Shown here one piece after another: positions 32,139 to 38,291 of a stretch of 38,291 nucleotides of DNA. Origin of the DNA: Minisyncoccota bacterium. GTDB taxonomy: Bacteria; Patescibacteriota; Minisyncoccia; Phycocordibacterales; DATDWN01. The first letter of the stretch is position 1. Every line of letters begins with the position of its first letter. Below the pieces are notes generated by a model. The model did no database searches, was not told the DNA's origin, and saw only the letters and a program-made list of their open reading frames with translations. A program made the position numbers and the translations under genes. The DNA lies in NCBI GenBank assembly GCA_025450615.1, contig JANWHC010000028.1:1-38291 (forward strand), read 5' to 3'.

Positions 32139-32901
32139 ACCAAAAAACACTGGTCGTTCAAAATTTATCGCTGTTGTTTTGATTTATATTTTATTGTCTT
32201 TAATAGGATTTTTATTTGGAAATTCATGGAGACGTGTCGTGTGGGGAGTAGCTAGACCAGTTTGGGCCACTGGAACATTTGTCTGGGCTCCTTTCGCGAG
32301 TATAAAAAATTATTTTTCATTAAAAAATGATTTGATTGAAAGGAATCTTTCCTTAGAAGAGCAAAATGCAACGCTTTTATTAAAAGAAGCCGACTATGAT
32401 CTTGTTGTAAAAGAAAATGAAAATTTAAAAAATGAGTTGGGTAGACAATTTTCTGGTACAAAGACTATATCTAGTATTCTTTCTAAACCACCAAGATCTC
32501 CATATGACACTTTAGTAATTGATGTTGGTTCAGCTGATAATATTACCCCTGGTAGTAAAGTTTATATTGGGGGAAATATTATTGTTGGACTTGTGACAAA
32601 TATAACTCCACACACTTCACTTGTTAATCTGTTTTCAAGTGGAGGTCAAAAACAAGATGCCACTATTTCTAGGACCGGTGCGACGTTCACCTTAACTGGG
32701 AATGGTGGGCAAAATTTTAAAGTTGAAGTTCCAAAAGATACAGATATTTTATGGGGCGATGAATTTCTATATCCAGGTATAAATCACAGCATAATTGCAA
32801 GTGTATATTATATTGATACTGAATCTCAAGGTTCATTTAAGACGATATATCTTCGTGTACCAATAAATGTGTTTGCTTCAGACTATGTTTTTGTAGATTA
32901 A
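32116..32901 (+). CDS. mreC: Rod-shape-determining protein MreC
   Basis: ATG at 32116 overlaps the end of mreB (the track starts at TTG 32104). The protein has a TM helix, a coiled-coil (ERNLSLEEQNATLLLKE...ENENLKNEL) and a beta-barrel part (PYDTLVIDVGSADNITPGSKV). Confidence 0.8.
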   Translation: MSYLLKSKPKNTGRSKFIAVVLIYILLSLIGFLFGNSWRRVVWGVARPVWATGTFVWAPFASIKNYFSLKNDLIERNLSLEEQNATLLLKEADYDLVVKENENLKNELGRQFSGTKTISSILSKPPRSPYDTLVIDVGSADNITPGSKVYIGGNIIVGLVTNITPHTSLVNLFSSGGQKQDATISRTGATFTLTGNGGQNFKVEVPKDTDILWGDEFLYPGINHSIIASVYYIDTESQGSFKTIYLRVPINVFASDYVFVD

Positions 32902-32931
32902 CCAATAAATGTGATATTTCTATGATATTAT

Positions 32932-33204
32932 TTGGCCATGTATGATTTCCTAATAAATCCGCCTGTTAGAGTCGCACTATTTTTAGTAGTACTTATTTTA
33001 GTGTTTCTACTACCCTGGTTCGTTTCTATTCCAGTAGTTGTGTTTTTTACTCTTTATTTACCCTCTTATTTTGAAGTTTTGTTTTTGGGATTTTTATTCG
33101 ATTCCTTGTATGCTGAAAGATTTTCTTTTCCATATTACGGTTTAACAATTGCTTTTGTTTTTATTTCCATAACTCTTTTTGTTAAAGATAGGATTAGAAC
33201 ATAA
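32932..33204 (+). CDS. mreD: Small polytopic membrane protein in the MreD position (MreD-like)
   Basis: The call rests mainly on its position between mreC and the PBP2 gene and on three hydrophobic helices. At 90 aa it is shorter than a typical MreD. Confidence 0.4.
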   Translation: MAMYDFLINPPVRVALFLVVLILVFLLPWFVSIPVVVFFTLYLPSYFEVLFLGFLFDSLYAERFSFPYYGLTIAFVFISITLFVKDRIRT

Positions 33205-33207
33205 ATC

Positions 33208-34908
33208 ATGTTTCATCAAATAAAAAACTTTTTAAAAATAAAAAGAAAGAGTACAAAGGATATCGCTCCAGATGAAATATTTCTCGATTCAAAAAATCTT
33301 CCTGAGTTTAATTTACACCAGTTTGAGGGACGAATTGAAAAACCAATACATAAGGGAATTTTTAGCCTAGTTCTTGGTTTTTTACTTATAGTTGGTTTAG
33401 TTTTTACATACAAACTAGCGTCACTACAAATAGTGAATGGAGAAAAATTTAGAAATAGAAGTGATAACAACAACTTACAACAAACCGCCATTTTTGCTAA
33501 CAGAGGAGTTATTTATGATCGCAATGGAACACCTATTGTTTGGAACTCCATAAATCAAGATAACCCCGACTATTCAAGTAGAATTTACGCTTCCTCAACA
33601 GGCTTATCTACGGTATTAGGTTATGTAAAATATCCAACTAAGGATTCCTCAGGTTTTTACTATTTAAATAAGTTTGATCCAAAAGATGGTTTGGAAAAAC
33701 TTCTTGATTACAAATTATCAGGCCAAAATGGAACAAACATTATTGAGACAGATGTAAAAGGTAATATTATTTCAGAAAGTATTACCCAAAAACCACGAGA
33801 TGGTGAAAATATTACTTTGACAATTGATTTGAGTTTACAAAGGAAATTATACGCGTCACTACTAGATATCGCTGATCGAGCTGGCTATAAGGGAGGGGCT
33901 GGGGTGATTATGGATGTTCGAAACGGAGAAATTTTAGCGAGTAGCAATTTCCCAGAATATGACTCTGGAGTAATGACCGAGGGTTCTGAGAAAGAAAAAA
34001 TAAATAATTGGATAAACGATAAAAATCATCCTTTTCTAAACCGTGTTGTGCAAGGTTTGTATACACCTGGATCAATCATGAAGCTTTTTATTGCAATGGG
34101 TGTTCTTGATCAGGGTGTGATTGATCCTAATAAACAAATATTAAGTACAGGATCTATTACAATTCCAAACCCTTTCTTCCCAGACAAACCTTCTACCTTT
34201 ATGGATTGGAAAGCTCACGGACTAGTAGATTTACGTCGGGCGATTGCTGTTTCTTCAAACGTGTATTTCTATGAAGTGACTGGAGGATATAAAGATCAAA
34301 AAGGTATTGGTATAGATAATTTAGATAAATATGTAAAAATGTTTGGTTTTGGCACTACTACAAATATTGATTTTCCTGGCGAACAATCCGGAACAATTCC
34401 TAGTCCTGAGTGGAAGGCAAAGACTTTTCAAGGTGAAGAGTGGAGAGTGGGAGATACTTATAACACGGCGATTGGTCAGTACGGTTTTCAAGTTACACCA
34501 ATTCAGGCAGTTCGAGCAGTGGCGGCGATCGCAAACAACGGAAAACTTATTACGCCAACTTTTGTAGATGTTAATTCATCTCCAAAAATTGTTGTAAATA
34601 TAAATCTAAACCAAAATTTTTATGCAATAGTAAAAGAAGGTATGAGAGAAGGAGTTACGGATGGTACTTCAGCTGCTATCAATTTTCCTTTCGTTAAAGT
34701 TGCATCAAAAACAGGTACTGCTCAGATTGGGGCTAGTAAGGATGAAGTGAATTCTTGGGTTGTAGGTTTTTGGCCGATTGATAATCCTAAATACGCCTAT
34801 GCTATCGTCATGGAAAGAGGTCCAAAAAATAACCAATTCGGTTCGGTATTAGTTATGCAGGAATTTTTAGATTGGTTACACATTTACCATCCAGAATATC
34901 TAAACTAA
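33208..34908 (+). CDS. mrdA: Penicillin-binding protein 2 (elongasome transpeptidase)
   Basis: N-terminal anchor and PBP dimerisation domain, with the transpeptidase motifs STGS-like PGSIMK (SxxK), SSN and KTGTA. Confidence 0.9.
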   Translation: MFHQIKNFLKIKRKSTKDIAPDEIFLDSKNLPEFNLHQFEGRIEKPIHKGIFSLVLGFLLIVGLVFTYKLASLQIVNGEKFRNRSDNNNLQQTAIFANRGVIYDRNGTPIVWNSINQDNPDYSSRIYASSTGLSTVLGYVKYPTKDSSGFYYLNKFDPKDGLEKLLDYKLSGQNGTNIIETDVKGNIISESITQKPRDGENITLTIDLSLQRKLYASLLDIADRAGYKGGAGVIMDVRNGEILASSNFPEYDSGVMTEGSEKEKINNWINDKNHPFLNRVVQGLYTPGSIMKLFIAMGVLDQGVIDPNKQILSTGSITIPNPFFPDKPSTFMDWKAHGLVDLRRAIAVSSNVYFYEVTGGYKDQKGIGIDNLDKYVKMFGFGTTTNIDFPGEQSGTIPSPEWKAKTFQGEEWRVGDTYNTAIGQYGFQVTPIQAVRAVAAIANNGKLITPTFVDVNSSPKIVVNINLNQNFYAIVKEGMREGVTDGTSAAINFPFVKVASKTGTAQIGASKDEVNSWVVGFWPIDNPKYAYAIVMERGPKNNQFGSVLVMQEFLDWLHIYHPEYLN

Positions 34909-35035
34909 AACTTCCAAATTTGGCGAACTACTTGTTTCTAGTTTAAAAATGTTCGTCGCCTTATGATTATAAGACTCCTCACATTTTCAAACTCTCAACG
35001 TCGGATTTCACTCAAATTATGAAAGTTTAAGGGTT

Positions 35036-35064
35036 TTGACTCCGGACTAAAATTTTGCTATATT
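35036..35064 (+). promoter_or_regulatory. Candidate promoter of greA
   Basis: TTGACT (35036-35041) - 17 nt - TATATT (35059-35064). Confidence 0.5.
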
Positions 35065-35099
35065 AGTCACACTTAATTTAATAAATAAACAAAAACTTA

Positions 35100-35558
35100 A
35101 TGAAAGAGCATGAGTATCTGACACAGGAAAAGTTTGACGAATTTACAAAGGAATTAGCAGAGCTAAAAGGTAAAAAAAGGAAAGAAGTAGCAGAATCACT
35201 AGAATATGCAAAATCTCTAGGAGATCTATCTGAAAATGCCGAATATCATGAAGCTCGTGACAATCAGGCAACTATTGAGGACAGAATAGCCAAACTTGAG
35301 GGCCTTCTTAAAACAGCCAAAATTGTTTCAGGAAATCACAGTGGAACTGTAACTGTCGGCTCAACCGTAACTGTAGAGAAAGATGGTAAAAAGTTCGTAT
35401 ACAACATTGTTGGTTCTGAAGAATCAGATGTTATTTCAAATAAAATTTCTATGAAATCTCCTTTTGGTCAATCTATTTTAGGTAAGAAAAAAGGTGAGTC
35501 TTTTACTTTCAAAGCGCCGAACGGCGAGCTCTCATACAAAGTCGTAGAGGTTAAATAA
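35100..35558 (+). CDS. greA: Transcription elongation factor GreA
   Basis: A coiled-coil N-terminal domain with GDLSENAEYHEARD, and a C-terminal FKBP-like domain (ISMKSPFGQSILGKKKGE). Confidence 0.9.
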   Translation: MKEHEYLTQEKFDEFTKELAELKGKKRKEVAESLEYAKSLGDLSENAEYHEARDNQATIEDRIAKLEGLLKTAKIVSGNHSGTVTVGSTVTVEKDGKKFVYNIVGSEESDVISNKISMKSPFGQSILGKKKGESFTFKAPNGELSYKVVEVK

Positions 35559-35593
35559 TTGATTAAGGTGCGGGTTTAAACTATAATTAAGAA

Positions 35594-37045
35594 ATGGCAT
35601 CACTCGATGAGATTAGAGACGCTCGTCTCAAAAAACTCGAACTCCTAAAAAGCAAAGGTATCGATCCTTATCCGGCGAAAGTTCCAAAAGATTTTCCTGT
35701 TGATTTTCTTAAGAAAAATTTTGATAAATGCGTCGAACAAGCGCAGTCTATATCTGTAGCTGGTAGAGTTACGGCTTTGCGAGGTCAGGGAGCAATACTT
35801 TTTGCTGTTATTTTTGACGGCACTGAGCAAATTCAAGCAATAATAAAAAAAGATGCAATTGGCATCGATTCTTTTTCTCTTTTTGCGGACACAGTGGATG
35901 TAGGTGATTTTATTTCTGTTACTGGTCTACCGATACTTTCTAAAACTGGTGAACAATCAGTGCAAGCTGAATCTTGGGTCATGGCTTCCAAGTCACTTCT
36001 ACCTCTTCCGGAAAAATGGCACGGTCTTACAGATATTGATGAAAAATTCCGAAAAAGATATTTAGATTTTTTAACCACTCCTGAGCTTCGAGATTTAATG
36101 ATAAAAAAAGCAAAGTTTTGGGATGCCACACGAAACTTTATGAAAAATCAGGGTTTTCTTGAAGTTGAAACTCCAACTCTAGAAACTACAACTGGGGGAG
36201 CAGAAGCTACTCCATTTAAAACTCATCACAACGACTATGATTTAGATGTCTACTTGCGTATATCTATAGGCGAGCTGTGGCAGAAGAGACTTATGTCTGG
36301 AGGTTTTCCTAAAACATTTGAAATTGGACGGGCGTATCGTAACGAAGGTACAAGTGCTGAACATGCTCAAGAATTTACTAATATGGAGTTTTACTGGTCT
36401 TTTGCGGACTACAACGATGGCATGAAACTAGTTAGGGAAATGTATATAGAAATAGCTAATGAAGTTTTTGGTAAAACAATCTTTACTTCCAAAGGACACA
36501 CTTTTGATTTAGCAAATGAATGGGCTGTGGTTGATTATACAGAAGAAATAAAAAAGCAAACTGGGATCGATGTTTTAAATTCTAGTGAAAAAGAGATGAT
36601 GAATAAACTAGAAGAACTTTCGGTAAAATACGATGGCACAAACAGAGAGAGACTCATGGATACACTTTGGAAGTATTGTCGAAAAAATATTTCTGGTCCA
36701 GCTTTTCTAGTAAATCATCCTATTCTTGTTGCTCCACTGGCCAAAGCAAATATGGATAAAAAAACTGTGCAGAGATTTCAACCTATCATTGCAGGAAGCG
36801 AAGTTGGTAACGGTTACTCAGAATTAAACGACCCAATTGATCAAAAAGAAAGGTTTGTTGCACAGCAAAAACTTATAGAAGGAGGGGATACAGAGGCAAT
36901 GATGGCTGATTTTGAATTTGTTGAAATGTTAGAGCACGGAATGCCACCAACATGTGGTTTTGGTTTCGGCGAAAGACTTTTTGCAATATTGGTAGACAAA
37001 CCCCTACGCGAGCTACAAACTTTCCCCTTAATGCGCCCAAAGTAA
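35594..37045 (+). CDS. lysS: Lysine--tRNA ligase, class II
   Basis: OB-fold N-terminal domain. Class II motifs are FLEVETPTLE, YLRISIGELWQKRLM, FEIGRAYRNEG and GFGFGERL. Confidence 0.95.
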   Translation: MASLDEIRDARLKKLELLKSKGIDPYPAKVPKDFPVDFLKKNFDKCVEQAQSISVAGRVTALRGQGAILFAVIFDGTEQIQAIIKKDAIGIDSFSLFADTVDVGDFISVTGLPILSKTGEQSVQAESWVMASKSLLPLPEKWHGLTDIDEKFRKRYLDFLTTPELRDLMIKKAKFWDATRNFMKNQGFLEVETPTLETTTGGAEATPFKTHHNDYDLDVYLRISIGELWQKRLMSGGFPKTFEIGRAYRNEGTSAEHAQEFTNMEFYWSFADYNDGMKLVREMYIEIANEVFGKTIFTSKGHTFDLANEWAVVDYTEEIKKQTGIDVLNSSEKEMMNKLEELSVKYDGTNRERLMDTLWKYCRKNISGPAFLVNHPILVAPLAKANMDKKTVQRFQPIIAGSEVGNGYSELNDPIDQKERFVAQQKLIEGGDTEAMMADFEFVEMLEHGMPPTCGFGFGERLFAILVDKPLRELQTFPLMRPK

Positions 37046-37058
37046 AAATTTACAAAAC

Positions 37059-37083
37059 CACCCTCTAAATGAGGGTGTTTTTG
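37059..37083 (+). terminator. Rho-independent terminator of lysS
   Basis: CACCCTC taaat GAGGGTG followed by TTTTTG. Confidence 0.75.
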
Positions 37084-37120
37084 TTATCCACAGGTTGTGC
37101 ACCTCTCTATTGTGTACAAG

Positions 37121-37166
37121 GTGGGAAGAAGTGGTATATAATGCATAGCGAGTGGGAAAAGGTGGG
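37121..37166 (+). promoter_or_regulatory. MraZ operator-like array of four GTGG(G/T) direct repeats overlapping a TATAAT box
   Basis: GTGGG at 37121, GTGGT at 37131, GTGGG at 37152 and GTGGG at 37162 (spacing 10, 21, 10). TATAAT lies at 37137-37142, about 60-100 nt upstream of mraZ. Confidence 0.55.
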
Positions 37167-37225
37167 ATAATTTAGTTTCTCTAACTAACAAAGGGAAATT
37201 AAAGTTTTTAACGATACAAATTTTT

Positions 37226-37660
37226 ATGTTCATAGGAGAGTATACACACACCATTGATGATAAAAACAGACTTTCGCTTCCAGCAAAGTTTAGAACAGAG
37301 ATGGGAAAAAAAGTTGTGATAACTCCGGGACTCGATAATTGCTTGTTTGTGTTTACACAAAAAGAATGGAGTGGAATTTCCGAAAGATTAAATCAATCTT
37401 CACTTCTTCAAGCGGACAACCGAAGCTTTAACCGTTTTATGTTTGCAGGAGCAACAGACGCGGAGATTGATTCAATCGGTCGAATCCTCATACCAGATTT
37501 TTTGCGAGATAGAGCAAATTTGAAAAATAAAGTTGTGGTTATCGGAGTTTCAAGTCGCGTTGAAATATGGAACGAAAAAACTTGGGCTGATTACAAGAAA
37601 GTTGTCGAGAAGCAAGCTGACACTCTTGCCGAAAAGCTCGGTTCAGTCGGTGTTCTATAA
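37226..37660 (+). CDS. mraZ: Division/cell-wall cluster transcriptional regulator MraZ
   Basis: Two SpoVT/AbrB-like repeats with the DxxxR signatures (IDDKNRLSLP and IDSIGRILIP). Confidence 0.9.
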   Translation: MFIGEYTHTIDDKNRLSLPAKFRTEMGKKVVITPGLDNCLFVFTQKEWSGISERLNQSSLLQADNRSFNRFMFAGATDAEIDSIGRILIPDFLRDRANLKNKVVVIGVSSRVEIWNEKTWADYKKVVEKQADTLAEKLGSVGVL

Positions 37661-37663
37661 AAC

Positions 37664-38291
37664 ATGCAACACAAAACTGTTCTTTTACAAGAAGCAATAG
37701 ATGGGCTGCAATTAAAGGAAGGTGAAGTTTTTGTTGATGGTACTTTAGGTGGTGGAGGGCACACTTTAGAAGTTTTCAATCGCTTCAACGATAAAGTTCG
37801 ACTTATTGGTATCGATTTAGATATTGACGCTGAAGTGAGAGCGAAAAAAAGACTACCTAAAAATACTGAGTTTGAATTTCTTTATGGAAGTTTTCGAAAC
37901 ATGAGAACTTTACTCAAAGATATAAACGTAACCGAAGTCGACAAAATTTTACTAGACATAGGATTATCCTCAAATCAGTTTGAAGATTCAGGTCGGGGAT
38001 TCTCGTTTCAAAAAAATGAGCCTCTGATCATGTCCTTCAAAAAGGATTTGAAACCAGAGGACTTAACTGCTCGCGAAATAGTAAACACTTGGGATTTAGA
38101 AAATATTTCAACTATTTTGAAAAGCTATGGTGAAGAGCAGTTTGCTTGGAAGATAGCTAAAGCCATCGTGGCCAGACGAGTAGAGAAGTCAATTGATACA
38201 ACTTTCGATCTAGTAGAAATAATCAAGATTGCAACTCCAAAGTGGTATGGGCATAAAAAAATCCATCCTGCCACTAAAACCTTTCAAGCCC
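37664..38291 (+). CDS. rsmH: 16S rRNA (cytosine1402-N4)-methyltransferase RsmH, N-terminal part (3' end lies outside the window)
   Basis: The ATG at 37664 is open to the window end. MQHKTVLLQEAIDGLQLKEGEVFVDGTLGGGGH, LDIGLSSNQFEDSGRGFSF and IHPATKTFQA are RsmH signatures. Confidence 0.9.
   Translation, partial: MQHKTVLLQEAIDGLQLKEGEVFVDGTLGGGGHTLEVFNRFNDKVRLIGIDLDIDAEVRAKKRLPKNTEFEFLYGSFRNMRTLLKDINVTEVDKILLDIGLSSNQFEDSGRGFSFQKNEPLIMSFKKDLKPEDLTAREIVNTWDLENISTILKSYGEEQFAWKIAKAIVARRVEKSIDTTFDLVEIIKIATPKWYGHKKIHPATKTFQA

Noticed and set aside
34930-34975. The hairpin GGCGAAC...GTTCGtCGCC after the PBP2 gene, as a terminator.
   Set aside because: It has a large 24-nt loop, a bulged stem and no U tract. 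That is too weak to report as a feature.
1-38291. Alternative genetic code (UGA recoding, as in some candidate-phyla lineages), or CRISPR arrays, transposases and integrases.
   Set aside because: Several well-supported genes end at TGA (for example 26944..27612 and 20317..21057), and all long ORFs are intact under the standard code. I found no repeat-spacer periodicity and no recombinase-like ORF.

Overview
This is an AT-rich chromosomal segment, about 33% G+C in 60-nt stretches I counted by hand. It is densely packed with short housekeeping genes.

Genes present:
- **Information processing:** rpoD 3' end, hisS, truB, typA, hpf, fmt-def-priA, holB-like, frr, proS, greA, lysS, and a UvrD-type helicase fused to a nuclease.
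- **Envelope and division:** a DsbA-like oxidoreductase, uppP, rseP, two mreB paralogs, mreC/mreD-like/PBP2, and mraZ-rsmH.
- **RNA genes:** one tRNA-Asn(GTT).

The gene content, tiny intergenic gaps and composition suggest a streamlined genome, possibly Patescibacteria/CPR-like, but that is inference only. UGA is a stop codon here, so the standard code applies. I found no rRNA, CRISPR array, transposase, integrase or recognisable defence operon.

What stands out is a set of short, visibly G+C-richer units, 47-62% G+C in hand-counted samples. Most have their own sigma70-like promoter, a strong Shine-Dalgarno sequence where coding, and a long hairpin terminator. They are wedged between core genes:
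- a zinc-ribbon mini-protein after rpoD;
- a 17-codon sORF or sRNA unit;
- a structured GC-rich tract next to a roughly 170-bp compound palindrome;
- three tandem XRE-like HTH mini-genes between truB and typA;
- an HExxH lipoprotein and a secreted orphan flanking a tRNA-Asn that carries a degenerate copy of its own 3' end;
- a roughly 230-nt non-coding transcript candidate;
- a terminator-containing leader in front of proS.

I cannot name a known system for these. They are the best candidates for something undescribed. All functional readings remain unverified without homology, covariation or expression data.
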